A stretch of DNA of 16,955 nt from Bdellovibrionota bacterium FG-2 (GCA_051382305.1 JBBCAV010000112.1:1-16955), one strand, 5' to 3'; shown: positions 7,417 through 16,710, counted from the first letter of the stretch. Numbers and translations: made by a program. Notes: generated by a model not told the origin, from the sequence alone.

Positions 7417-8636
7417 AGAAAGCAAAATTCCCAATTTACCTCGACTCGCATGCGACCACTCCGGTGGATCCTGAAGTGTTTCACACGATGGCGCCCTATT
7501 TTACCGAAGTATTTGGAAACGCAGCTAGTCGCAATCACGAGTTTGGCTGGACAGCTGAAGCGGCTGTTGAAAAAGGACGTGGACAAGTTGCTCGTCTTAT
7601 CGGCACTTCAGATAAGGAAATTATTTTCACGAGTGGTGCGACGGAGAGTAACAATCTTGCGATCATGGGGACGGCTGAAATGCTGCGTTCTCGAGGGAAC
7701 CACATCATCACATCAACCGTTGAGCACAAAGCGGTTCTCGATACCTGCCATTACTTGGAGCAAAAAGGATTTGAAATTACGTTCTTGCCCGTCGACAAAA
7801 CCGGTCGAGTGGATCCCGACGCTGTTCGAAAAGCGATTAAGCCACAAACGATTTTGGTTTCGTTGATGATGGCTAACAATGAAGTGGGGACAATTAACCC
7901 GATCGCAGAGATTGGAAAAATTTGTAAGGAATATGGGGTTCTTTTTCATACGGATGGTGCCCAGGCCGTGGGCAAGATTGCTGTGGATGTCGAAAAGATG
8001 GGGATCGATTTGCTTTCGATCTCGGCTCACAAAATGTATGGACCCAAGGGTGTCGGCGCGCTCTATGTGCGTCGGAAAAATCCGCGTGTGAGACTCGCGC
8101 CCCAGATGCATGGAGGAGGGCATGAGCGAGGCATGCGTTCAGGCACGCTTAATGTTCCGGGTATTGTTGGTTTTGGAAAGGCCGCAGAAATAGCGGCCGC
8201 GACGATGGAGGCTGAAACTAAGCGTGTGCGTGCGCTGCGGGAGCGCTTGTGGGCTGGCCTCAACGTCGAACTCGATGAGATCTATCTCAATGGACATCCC
8301 ACCGAGCGACTTTATAACAACCTCAACGTGAGTTTTGCCTTTGTCGAGGGCGAATCTTTGATGATGGGGATGAAGGAGCTTGCGGTTTCAAGTGGTTCTG
8401 CGTGCACCTCCGCAAGTCTAGAGCCCTCCTATGTGCTGCGTGCCATAGGCGTGGGTGAGGATTTGGCACATACCAGTATTCGTTTTGGTTTAGGGCGTTT
8501 TACGACAGAAGAAGAAATCGATTACGCGATTCAAAAGGTCTGTGAAACGGTCAAGAGACTTCGGGATCTTTCCCCTCTTTATGAGATGGCAAAAGAGGGC
8601 ATTGATCTCAAATCAATACAGTGGGGGGCTCATTAA
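7413..8636 (+). CDS. iscS: Cysteine desulfurase IscS
   Basis: [23 protein letters not shown] lysine in [10 protein letters not shown], catalytic SSGSACTS, IscS-type C-terminus SPLYEM...IQW. ATGA overlap with the Rrf2 gene. Confidence 0.98.
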   Translation: MKKAKFPIYLDSHATTPVDPEVFHTMAPYFTEVFGNAASRNHEFGWTAEAAVEKGRGQVARLIGTSDKEIIFTSGATESNNLAIMGTAEMLRSRGNHIITSTVEHKAVLDTCHYLEQKGFEITFLPVDKTGRVDPDAVRKAIKPQTILVSLMMANNEVGTINPIAEIGKICKEYGVLFHTDGAQAVGKIAVDVEKMGIDLLSISAHKMYGPKGVGALYVRRKNPRVRLAPQMHGGGHERGMRSGTLNVPGIVGFGKAAEIAAATMEAETKRVRALRERLWAGLNVELDEIYLNGHPTERLYNNLNVSFAFVEGESLMMGMKELAVSSGSACTSASLEPSYVLRAIGVGEDLAHTSIRFGLGRFTTEEEIDYAIQKVCETVKRLRDLSPLYEMAKEGIDLKSIQWGAH

Positions 8637-8639
8637 TAT

Positions 8640-9032
8640 ATGGCATACACTCAAAAAGTTTTGGATCACTTTGAGAGTCCAAAAAACGTGGGCACTTTGG
8701 ATAAGAACGCGGCGAACGTTGGTACCGGAATGGTGGGGGCCCCCGAGTGCGGCGATGTGATGAAGCTTCAAGTCGAAGTGGATGAAAAAACGGGAATTAT
8801 TAAAGACGCAAAGTTTAAAACTTTCGGTTGCGGAAGTGCGATTGCGAGTTCCTCGCTTGCCACTGAAATGTTGAAGGGTAAGACTCTAGATCAGGCGTTG
8901 GAGATCAAGAATACTGACATTGTGAAGGAATTGTCCCTGCCTCCGATCAAGATTCATTGCTCCGTTTTGGCTGAAGATGCGATTAAGGCTGCAGTAAATG
9001 ACTATTTAGCGAAGAGAAAGGCTAGCAAATGA
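8640..9032 (+). CDS. iscU: Fe-S cluster scaffold IscU
   Basis: GAPECGDVM, FKTFGCGSAIASSS, LPPIKIHCS. Confidence 0.98.
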   Translation: MAYTQKVLDHFESPKNVGTLDKNAANVGTGMVGAPECGDVMKLQVEVDEKTGIIKDAKFKTFGCGSAIASSSLATEMLKGKTLDQALEIKNTDIVKELSLPPIKIHCSVLAEDAIKAAVNDYLAKRKASK

Positions 9033-9364
9033 GTGAAATTCAAATTACCGAAAAAGCGATTAAGGAAATCAAACGGCTTCAGACCGCCGATCCGACGGCA
9101 AGCGAGGGGATGTTGCGGGTGATGGTCGTCGGCGGTGGATGTTCGGGCATGAGTTATAAACTCGGCTTCGATAATAAGGCGCCTGCAGTTAATGATAAGA
9201 TCTTTGAACTGGGTGGCGTGAAGGTCGTGATGGATGCGAAGTCTTCGATTTATCTCGAGGGAACGCAATTGGATTTCTCAGATGGACTTAACGGCACAGG
9301 GTTTGTTTTCAACAATCCCAATGCCAAAAGGACGTGCGGTTGTGGATCGAGTTTCTCAGCCTGA
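9029..9364 (+). CDS. iscA: A-type Fe-S carrier (IscA/HesB family)
   Basis: GGGCSGMSY and [18 protein letters not shown] overlap with iscU. Confidence 0.95.
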   Translation: MSEIQITEKAIKEIKRLQTADPTASEGMLRVMVVGGGCSGMSYKLGFDNKAPAVNDKIFELGGVKVVMDAKSSIYLEGTQLDFSDGLNGTGFVFNNPNAKRTCGCGSSFSA

Positions 9365-10010
9365 ACGAACCTGCGGAAGCTGCGGGCTTTCCGATCAATC
9401 ACCGGATCCCTCTGAGATCCTGATGTGTAACTCGTGCGGGGGGGCTCAGCCTGTTCCTGCGAATCGGGATTACTTCGCGCTCCTTGGGGTTCCTCCGAGA
9501 TTGATTTTGGAGTCTTGTACTTTGGAGAGACGCTTTTATGAGCTTTCCCGAGCTTTGCATCCCGATCGCTTTTCGAACGCTCCGCCCTCGGTGCGACGCT
9601 CTTCTTTAGAGTGGATGAGCTTAGTGAACCAGGCGTATAAAACCCTTCGCGATCCTATGACGAGACGAGAATATTTGCTGAGTCTTTACGGGATTGATCT
9701 TGCGGGACAGGGGGGGATGCCCCGGGAGCTTGCAGAGAATTGGTTTGAACTTCAGGATTGGGTGGAAGAGAATCCTCCTGAACAATCAAGGACGAAAGTT
9801 TCAGATTTTCGCGGCCGGCTGTTGCAGATTCAAGCGGAGCTAAATTCAAGGTTATCGGATTTGGATCGACAGATCGATGAAGGGGTATTCCAACGTCAAG
9901 AAGTGAGAGCCATATTGCTTGATTTGGCTCAGTCCCTTCAAAAACGAACTTATCTGGATTCACTTTTTCGGGATGTACAACGACTTGCAACAACCATCGA
10001 GGCAGCATGA
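9342..10010 (+). CDS. hscB: Fe-S assembly co-chaperone HscB with N-terminal CxxC-x14-CxxC domain
   Basis: J-domain DYFALLG...LHPDRF...[11 protein letters not shown]...YLL followed by a helical C-domain; lies between iscA and hscA. Start re-assigned to in-frame GTG 9342 (AAGGA at 9328-9332) instead of ATG 9234. Confidence 0.9.
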   Translation: MDRVSQPERTCGSCGLSDQSPDPSEILMCNSCGGAQPVPANRDYFALLGVPPRLILESCTLERRFYELSRALHPDRFSNAPPSVRRSSLEWMSLVNQAYKTLRDPMTRREYLLSLYGIDLAGQGGMPRELAENWFELQDWVEENPPEQSRTKVSDFRGRLLQIQAELNSRLSDLDRQIDEGVFQRQEVRAILLDLAQSLQKRTYLDSLFRDVQRLATTIEAA

Positions 10011-11818
10011 ATAAGGCAGAAAACCCGATAATCGGCATTGATCTTGGAACCACGAATAGTCTGGTCGCCTATGTCGACCACGGTCATCCGAGGGTAGTTA
10101 AATCTCTTGAGGGAAGATCGTTGGTCCCCTCTGTGGTTCACTTTGAAGGCGATGTTCCGATTGTGGGGTATGCGGCTAAATCGGTGAAAGTGAAAGATCC
10201 GAAGGCGACTTTGTTTTCGGTCAAGAGGCTGCTTGGACGGGGATTTGAGGATTTGAAATCTGTAGCGGGAACGCTTCCCTACGAACTCTTGCCTGGAGAG
10301 GGGGAGCATTCGTCCGTTCGAATAAAAGTGGGTTCGCGCTCTTATGGCGCCGTAGAAGTTTCGTCACTCATCTTGGGGGCCCTTAAGCGTGCCGCCGAGA
10401 AGGAACTTGAAGTTCCAGTGACCCGAGCGGTGATTACAGTTCCTGCCTATTTTAATGATTCCCAACGACAGGCGACACGGGCGGCAGGTCGAATGGCGGG
10501 CCTTGATGTGCTTCGGATCATCAATGAGCCTACTGCGGCCTCGTTGGCCTATGGTCTTGATAAGAAGCGTCAGGGGTTGATTGCGGTTTATGACTTTGGA
10601 GGAGGAACCTTCGACGTTTCGATCTTGAAGCTGCAAGATGGAATTTTCGAAGTACTCTCTACGAATGGAAACACAGCCCTCGGGGGCGACGATCTGGATC
10701 AGGCCCTTGTGGCGGTATGTCTGGGAGAAGTTCGCGATCGTTTTGGGGTTGATGCCGCAGCAGATATCGGGGTTCGGGCTGCGTTGATTGAGGGCTCCGA
10801 GGAAGTCAAAATCGCTCTTTCTGAAAAAGAACAAGCGATGCTTGAAATTTCAGTTTTAGGTCAGAAGTATCAGCATGCTTTTTCGCGCGCAGACGTTTTT
10901 TCCATTTTTAAGCCCATTTTGGAAAAAACGCGTGAGCCCTGTATGCAAGCGCTGCGAGATGCGGGCATCAAGTCTTCGGAGCTTTCGGACGTTGTTTTGG
11001 TGGGAGGTCCCACGCGCCTAAAGATTGTTCAAGAAATTGCGCATTCTATTTTCGGTCGCGAGCCTAATGCATCTGTTAATCCTGATGAAGTAGTAGCTAT
11101 CGGCGCGGCAATTCAGGCGGATATTTTGGCGGGGAACAATAAGGATCTTCTGCTTTTGGATGTGGTGCCGCTTTCCCTAGGGATTGAGACCTATGGCGGT
11201 TTAATGACGACGTTGATTACGCGCAATACTCGGATCCCAGCGGTTGCTCGAGAAGGGTTTACCACGTTTGTGGATAACCAAACCGGGGTGGATATTCACG
11301 TTCTTCAAGGGGAGCGGGATAGGGTTGAGGACAATCGTAGTCTTGCCCGGTTTAAGCTTTCAGGTCTTGAACCGGCTCCCGCTGGCGTGCCGAGAGTGGA
11401 AGTGAGCTTTCTCGTGGATGCCGATGGAATTTTGCAAGTTTCGGCTAAGGATCAAAAAACGGGGCGAGAGCAGACCATTGAGGTGAGGCCCTCTTTTGGT
11501 CTTTCGGATCAGGAAATTGAAAAAATGCTTCGCTCCAGCATGGATTATGCTCAGGTCGATATTGAGTACCGTCGATTAGTTGACGCTCGCAATTCTGCTG
11601 AGGGGATCTTGAATGCCACCGAAAAAAATCTGGCAGTCGCCGATGAACTTCTGGGACCCGAGGGGGCGGAGAAGATTCGCAAGCTAGTTCTCGAATTGCG
11701 CGGTGCAATCGCAGGAAACTCGATTTACCGAATCGAAGAGGCGAGTTATCATTTAAGTCGAGCAACCGAGCGCTTGGCGGAGCTTATCTTCACTCAGGCG
11801 CTCAAAGAACATTCCTAA
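10007..11818 (+). CDS. hscA: Fe-S assembly Hsp70 chaperone HscA
   Basis: [52 protein letters not shown] overlap with hscB; isc operon context. Confidence 0.93.
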   Translation: MNKAENPIIGIDLGTTNSLVAYVDHGHPRVVKSLEGRSLVPSVVHFEGDVPIVGYAAKSVKVKDPKATLFSVKRLLGRGFEDLKSVAGTLPYELLPGEGEHSSVRIKVGSRSYGAVEVSSLILGALKRAAEKELEVPVTRAVITVPAYFNDSQRQATRAAGRMAGLDVLRIINEPTAASLAYGLDKKRQGLIAVYDFGGGTFDVSILKLQDGIFEVLSTNGNTALGGDDLDQALVAVCLGEVRDRFGVDAAADIGVRAALIEGSEEVKIALSEKEQAMLEISVLGQKYQHAFSRADVFSIFKPILEKTREPCMQALRDAGIKSSELSDVVLVGGPTRLKIVQEIAHSIFGREPNASVNPDEVVAIGAAIQADILAGNNKDLLLLDVVPLSLGIETYGGLMTTLITRNTRIPAVAREGFTTFVDNQTGVDIHVLQGERDRVEDNRSLARFKLSGLEPAPAGVPRVEVSFLVDADGILQVSAKDQKTGREQTIEVRPSFGLSDQEIEKMLRSSMDYAQVDIEYRRLVDARNSAEGILNATEKNLAVADELLGPEGAEKIRKLVLELRGAIAGNSIYRIEEASYHLSRATERLAELIFTQALKEHS

Positions 11819-11834
11819 GTGGAGCGTAGGGCCT

Positions 11835-13412
11835 ATGAAGTCTTGGATCATGTCTTGGATCGTGTTTTGTGGACTCTTGCTGAGTTTTTTTGTTGGATAT
11901 GGAGGGTCTGCGGGGGCCGCTGAAACGGGGAAGGTTTTTACGTTGCGTATTCCGGGCGAGCCCGAGACGCTGGATTGGAACAAAGCGCATACGCCCATTG
12001 AAACGTATCTTCTGATGAACCTGATGGAGGGTTTGATTGGCGTCGATGCGGATCTAAAGATTGCGCCGGCCATCGCTAAGAGCTGGAAAGTTAGCCCCGA
12101 TAGGAAGACCTATACTTTTCATTTGAGAAATGACGTGAAGTGGAGTGACGGGGTCTATTTGAAGGCCGCGGATTTTGTGTATTCATGGAAACGCCTGCTC
12201 TCACCCTATACGGCCGCGTCTTATGCCTACTTCTTATTTGACGTGGAAGGGGCTGAAGGATTTTACAAAGGAACAGTCAAAGATTTTTCAAACGTAGGAG
12301 TCAAGGCCCTCGACGACTATACGTTTCAAGTTAAGCTAGTGCAGCCGGTGGCGCATTGGATCTATATTCCGACCTTTTGGGTGACGTTCCCTCTGCGGCA
12401 AGATATCGTGGAGAAGGGGGGCGCGGGATGGGCCAGTCCTGGGCGTATGGTGAGCGTGGGCCCTTTTCAGCTTGAGAGTCACGATCTTGAAAGCCGGATT
12501 GTACTCAAGGCAAATCCCCACTACTATGGCACTCGGGGGAACCTTGAAAAAGTTATCGCTTTGATTGTGCGTGACGATGCGACGGCGCTGAGTTTGTATG
12601 AAGCGGGAAAGTTGGATTTCTTAACTGATATTGCGACGCTTGATTTGAAACGTCTGGCAGGACGACCTGATCTCAAAAGTTTTCCTTATCTAAAGACGGG
12701 ATACTTGGGTTTTGTGATTGATAAATTTCCGCTCTCTAATGTTCACTTTAGGCGGGCGCTTGCGATGTCGATCGATCGCTCAAAGCTCGGCTTGATTTTA
12801 CATGGCGGGCAGCAACCCGCGAGTTCATTTATTCCGCCTAGAATGCTGGCTCATTCTCCCCAAGTGGGGCTGGGCTTTGATCCCGTTAAGGCTAAGAATG
12901 AGCTTCGTGCTTCGGGGGTCGATATGGCCAAACCGCCGGTGGTGGAGCTTGTGATTCCGAACTGGGACAAGACGCTGGTGCTGGCTCAATTTATTCAAGG
13001 CGAAGTGAAACGTAACTTAGGGGTGGATTTGAGTATTCAGCCTTTCGACCATAAAACGTTTCGCGCGCAGCTTGATCTACGTTCGTATCCCCTTTATTTG
13101 TCGAGCTGGAGCGCTGATTATCCGGACCCTGATAATTTTATGTCGGTATTTCTCTCTTCTTCTGGAAATAATCGGCTGGGGTGGAAAAATGAGGCCTATG
13201 ATCGGACGGTCGTGAGTGCGAGGCGGATGCAGGATCTTCGTGCGCGCGAAAAAGCCTATGGCGAGGCTCAGAAAATTCTCTTGGAGGAGGATGCCGTGTT
13301 AGCTCCGCTTTTTTACGAACCTAATATGGCGTTGGTGCGCTCCAGGGTGCAGGGTTTGGAGCTGAATCCGCTAAATTATCTTTTTCTAAAAAAGGTGAAT
13401 TGCAGTGGGTAG
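11835..13412 (+). CDS. Family-5 extracellular solute-binding protein (OppA-like) of a peptide/nickel ABC transporter
   Basis: Signal peptide, EPETLD, AKSWKVSPDRKTYTFHLR, WSDG, GPF, NPHYY, FRRALAMSIDR, WSADYPDP. GGAG RBS; 16 nt after the hscA stop. Confidence 0.93.
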   Translation: MKSWIMSWIVFCGLLLSFFVGYGGSAGAAETGKVFTLRIPGEPETLDWNKAHTPIETYLLMNLMEGLIGVDADLKIAPAIAKSWKVSPDRKTYTFHLRNDVKWSDGVYLKAADFVYSWKRLLSPYTAASYAYFLFDVEGAEGFYKGTVKDFSNVGVKALDDYTFQVKLVQPVAHWIYIPTFWVTFPLRQDIVEKGGAGWASPGRMVSVGPFQLESHDLESRIVLKANPHYYGTRGNLEKVIALIVRDDATALSLYEAGKLDFLTDIATLDLKRLAGRPDLKSFPYLKTGYLGFVIDKFPLSNVHFRRALAMSIDRSKLGLILHGGQQPASSFIPPRMLAHSPQVGLGFDPVKAKNELRASGVDMAKPPVVELVIPNWDKTLVLAQFIQGEVKRNLGVDLSIQPFDHKTFRAQLDLRSYPLYLSSWSADYPDPDNFMSVFLSSSGNNRLGWKNEAYDRTVVSARRMQDLRAREKAYGEAQKILLEEDAVLAPLFYEPNMALVRSRVQGLELNPLNYLFLKKVNCSG

Positions 13413-13845
13413 TCTCGAATGGAAACAGAAGGTCGGCTTAAAAAAAGGCCCTTTTGAAGAGCCGCTCACACAGGAGCGCGTCCAGGATTTTTGGGGAGCG
13501 CTTGGAGTGGTTGATCGGGGGAGGGCGCGCGGAGTTCCACCTACTTTCTTAACGGTTTGTCGACAAGGAGAGTTCGAACTTTTTCAGGAATTTGGGGTCC
13601 CACTCTCATCGCTTCTTCATGCCGGACAGGAGTATCGCTATTTTGGGGAGATCGAAGTGGGCGATGTACTTATTTTTGAGACGACGCTCAAGGAAGTTTT
13701 AGAAAAAAAAGGAAAATCCGGGTTAATGCGTTTCTTGGTTTTTGAAACCGCAGTACAGGCGAGAAAATCTGGGGGTGGCGTTGTGCGAGTGGCTCTCTCG
13801 AATACGAACGTCGTCATCAAGGTGAGCGAAAAGGCGGCATCATGA
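13405..13845 (+). CDS. MaoC-N/HadA-like hotdog-fold dehydratase subunit (non-catalytic type)
   Basis: VPPTF and LLHAGQEYRYFGEIEVGDVL motifs typical of HadA/HadC-like halves. GTG start overlaps the OppA-like stop by 8 nt. Confidence 0.82.
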   Translation: MGSLEWKQKVGLKKGPFEEPLTQERVQDFWGALGVVDRGRARGVPPTFLTVCRQGEFELFQEFGVPLSSLLHAGQEYRYFGEIEVGDVLIFETTLKEVLEKKGKSGLMRFLVFETAVQARKSGGGVVRVALSNTNVVIKVSEKAAS

Positions 13846-14243
13846 AAGGCTCAATCAGAGAGGCGTTTGCGCCGATGGTTTTTCCCGCGATTACGCTTTC
13901 GCAACTGCAGGCCTACGCAAAGGCTTCTGGAGATTCCAATCCAATTCATGTGGATGAGGCCGCCGCGCGGGGCGCGGGTTTACCTGGGATTATCGCGCAT
14001 GGGATGTTGACGGCTGGCTTGATTGCTGAACACGCCAGCGTGAATTGCCCTGTGGGTTTTAGACTTTCTAGGATTGATTATCATTTTCGTGGGATGACTT
14101 TGCTCGGCGACGCCGTGACGGTTTCGGGTGGTGTTCGTGAGCGTACGGGGGAGCGCGTGATGTGTGAGTTTCATGCCCAAACAAGGCGTGGTGACGAGAC
14201 GACTTCGGCTGTGGCGGAGTACGAAAGGATACCTAATATATGA
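13842..14243 (+). CDS. MaoC/HadB-like (R)-specific hydratase/dehydratase, catalytic subunit
   Basis: Hydratase-2 motif YAKASGDSNPIH...AGLPGIIAHGML with the Asp/His dyad; ATGA overlap with the upstream gene. Confidence 0.9.
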   Translation: MKGSIREAFAPMVFPAITLSQLQAYAKASGDSNPIHVDEAAARGAGLPGIIAHGMLTAGLIAEHASVNCPVGFRLSRIDYHFRGMTLLGDAVTVSGGVRERTGERVMCEFHAQTRRGDETTSAVAEYERIPNI

Positions 14244-14923
14244 AGATTCTGTTGCTCACGTTGGCATTCGCTTTTCCCGTTCTCATTCACGCTGCAGATC
14301 CCGTAAAGCCGCGTACTGAAACTTACTGGAAGGATACGAACTTTAAGATCCAGGGATTGCCGTGGGGATCTTTTTATGAGGACGAGGGAAAATCGAAGTT
14401 TTTTGGTTACTACCGAAACGGCAAGTTTTCTGACCGAGGGACTTCTTATGATGGTGAAACTCAGTGTTCATTTTCTGTAGAGGGATCCAGCTATGAAGCC
14501 GTGACGAACGCGATTTACGCGGGTCAGAATTTTCGAGTGAGCCAGTCAAAGGATTTGATGGAAAAAGATGTTCCCGGTTTTTGGGATTCAGTTAAGACGG
14601 GAGGGGTTCGAAACGCGCTTGCGCATACGATTGAGCCCATGATCAATGGGCACCATCAATCCCGTATCTATTTGCTGTTTGATGGGCCTCCAGGCGTAAG
14701 GGGAGAATTGATCTGTGAAGTGCATTCAAAAGACAATCATGCGCTTTCCTGGTCTGATGTGAAGCAGGCTTTAGGGGGCACCCTAAAATTTCCGGACGGA
14801 AAATCGGCATTCAGCCCTCGCGCGGAGCCCGTCATTGCGGCAACTAAGAGTGATAAAGGATCCGTCGAGTCGGCGCCGCCTGCGCGAGGCAGCGAATCCG
14901 CGGGCGCAGCGTCAGCGCACTAA
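14240..14923 (+). CDS. Secreted hypothetical protein
   Basis: Sec signal MKILLLTLAFAFPVLIHA-A; two Cys; Ala/Ser/Pro-rich tail; AAAGGA RBS; ATGA overlap with the MaoC gene. Confidence 0.78.
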   Translation: MKILLLTLAFAFPVLIHAADPVKPRTETYWKDTNFKIQGLPWGSFYEDEGKSKFFGYYRNGKFSDRGTSYDGETQCSFSVEGSSYEAVTNAIYAGQNFRVSQSKDLMEKDVPGFWDSVKTGGVRNALAHTIEPMINGHHQSRIYLLFDGPPGVRGELICEVHSKDNHALSWSDVKQALGGTLKFPDGKSAFSPRAEPVIAATKSDKGSVESAPPARGSESAGAASAH

Positions 14924-16206
14924 AGATAATCCAAAATAAACGGTAGAATAAATTTGTTCCACTTCGTATTTTTGGACTGAATTTCTGCGATATATTTAGG
15001 TTCAAATGGAATACTGATGGCGGCGTCCTCGTCGAACTGTGCCGTGAGGGTGTTGACAATCTCGGGCGTGTCCGTGAAGAGGGTGGATTCGGATTGGTAT
15101 TCGACGCCCCGGCGATCTAAGTTATCCGTTCCGACATAAGCTAGGGTGTTGTCAAAAACTCCCGCTTTTCGGTGAAGAACGCTGTATTTTGGCCACGCAA
15201 GAATTTTCACGCCTGCATTCATCAGCGGCTTTGTGGTGGCAAAGGTGCCCAGGATTACGGGCCGCCCTTCGGGATCAATGGAGTCGTAGGAGTTGGTGAT
15301 TACTGAGACTTCAACACCTCGGCTCCTGGCTTCGATGATGGCTTGGTTAAAGTCGGAGTGGGGTACGAAGTAGGGAGCGTAGAGTCTGATGTTGTGTTTG
15401 GCGTCTTTGATTGCTTTGATATACGTTCTTAGATTGTGTTCGGGTTCTCGGCTCTCTCGGTTGTCTTGATCAAAAAGCGGATTGCTATAGATGGGGAGGG
15501 CCGTGCTTTCGCCTTCGGAGTAGATCGTGCAATCTTTGGCGGAGTAGAGGCCATAGAAATGTTCCATATATTGTGGTGAATTTGGCGCACCATCAAATCC
15601 CATGTTACCTGTTCTGGCAGAACGAGCCCATGTTTTATTGAACTGCCTTTGAAACCAACACGCGGCGGGACCTTTGACGAGAAGATCGAGGTCGTACCAA
15701 GTGTCGTCATCTTTGCCAAAACTTTTGTATTCATTTGCAAATCCACTGCCGCCGATGACAAGCCATTGCCCATCCGCAATCATGAGTTTTTCATGGATTG
15801 TGTACATCATGTTCCCAAGATCCCAATTGGGGGGATTAAAATAGAGGACCCGGACCCCGCAAGATTCGAGTTGGGGAAGGTAGTCTGATGATTTTCGTCC
15901 TCCGTGATTATCAAGCAGCAGGCGAACATCCAGACCTTGTCGCGCGCGTTTGCAGAGCTGGTCAATGTAAAGCTTCGCGTACTCGTCATTTTTGAAAATG
16001 TAGGCAGAAAGATACAAAGAGTTTCGAGCGGTTCGAATTAGGGCCAGTCGCGCCCGTTGCGTCTCGGCGCCAGTGACAAGCAGTTGCATCTTGTTACCCG
16101 TGAGCGCTTTGTCGTGATACCACTGCTGGTCGCCAGCGAGCGCGCCAGAGATAGCGGTAGTGGCGAGCGCAAGAACGGCGCAAAAGAAAGCGAAGCGTGA
16201 TCGCAT
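14920..16206 (-). CDS. Phospholipase D superfamily protein, cardiolipin synthase ClsC/YmdC-like, with signal peptide
   Basis: Two HKD motifs (HEKLMIAD, HRKAGVFD...GTDNLD); RLALIRTA, RARQGLDVRLLLD, YDLD, PYFVP, VITNS; N-terminal signal ending ALA. Confidence 0.9.
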   Translation of the reverse strand: MRSRFAFFCAVLALATTAISGALAGDQQWYHDKALTGNKMQLLVTGAETQRARLALIRTARNSLYLSAYIFKNDEYAKLYIDQLCKRARQGLDVRLLLDNHGGRKSSDYLPQLESCGVRVLYFNPPNWDLGNMMYTIHEKLMIADGQWLVIGGSGFANEYKSFGKDDDTWYDLDLLVKGPAACWFQRQFNKTWARSARTGNMGFDGAPNSPQYMEHFYGLYSAKDCTIYSEGESTALPIYSNPLFDQDNRESREPEHNLRTYIKAIKDAKHNIRLYAPYFVPHSDFNQAIIEARSRGVEVSVITNSYDSIDPEGRPVILGTFATTKPLMNAGVKILAWPKYSVLHRKAGVFDNTLAYVGTDNLDRRGVEYQSESTLFTDTPEIVNTLTAQFDEDAAISIPFEPKYIAEIQSKNTKWNKFILPFILDYL

Positions 16207-16233
16207 CGAAGGTATTTCCCTTTGGGGTTTTTC

Positions 16234-16668
16234 CTATCTAGAGACTTCAACTGCACACTGAACTTCGTACTGCCCACGAGTTTGGGCTTTGTCGTTGATT
16301 TGGTAACTCATTTCTCCGGAGAAAGAACGTTTCTGAAAAGTGCTCAAAGCGTCTTTGGGGAGTTTGAGGGTGATCATGTTGTCGCATTCATTTGAAAATG
16401 TATAAATCGTGGTTGCGCCCTGATCATCCGAGGTAAGCAGGGTTCCAGAGTCGATCACGGGATCGGTCGTCGAGAGGGTCAAAATCCCCGAGGCAGATCG
16501 AGCAATGCCGATTTCAAGAGGTATTGAGTTATCGGTCGCGGTGCTTTGGCACAGAACCCTTGTCTCCGAGGCCAGTGCGTTGGTGAATAGAGCTTGGCTT
16601 GTCACTACGGCGGCAGCGATGAGTGAAAGGCTTACGAAAATCTTGGTGAAACGGGGTTTTTTGGACAT
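16234..16668 (-). CDS. Small secreted hypothetical protein
   Basis: Signal peptide ending ALA-SE; AGGAG RBS; three Cys; beta-rich pattern; 27 nt upstream of the PLD gene on the same strand. Confidence 0.78.
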   Translation of the reverse strand: MSKKPRFTKIFVSLSLIAAAVVTSQALFTNALASETRVLCQSTATDNSIPLEIGIARSASGILTLSTTDPVIDSGTLLTSDDQGATTIYTFSNECDNMITLKLPKDALSTFQKRSFSGEMSYQINDKAQTRGQYEVQCAVEVSR

Positions 16669-16710
16669 GGTTTAATCTCCTGGGCGGGTTTGTAACATGG
16701 AGCGTTATTC

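Noticed and set aside
8930..8962. IscU LPPIK instead of the LPPVK HscA-recognition motif
   Set aside because: Conservative V-to-I change; nothing indicates altered function.
9234..9341. Long N-terminal extension of HscB from ATG 9234
   Set aside because: It would overlap iscA by 131 nt with non-protein-like sequence; GTG 9342 has a better RBS.
11841..11864. 12-bp tandem duplication (TCTTGGATCATG/TCTTGGATCGTG)
   Set aside because: Two in-frame copies in a signal peptide; not an array or phase-variable tract.
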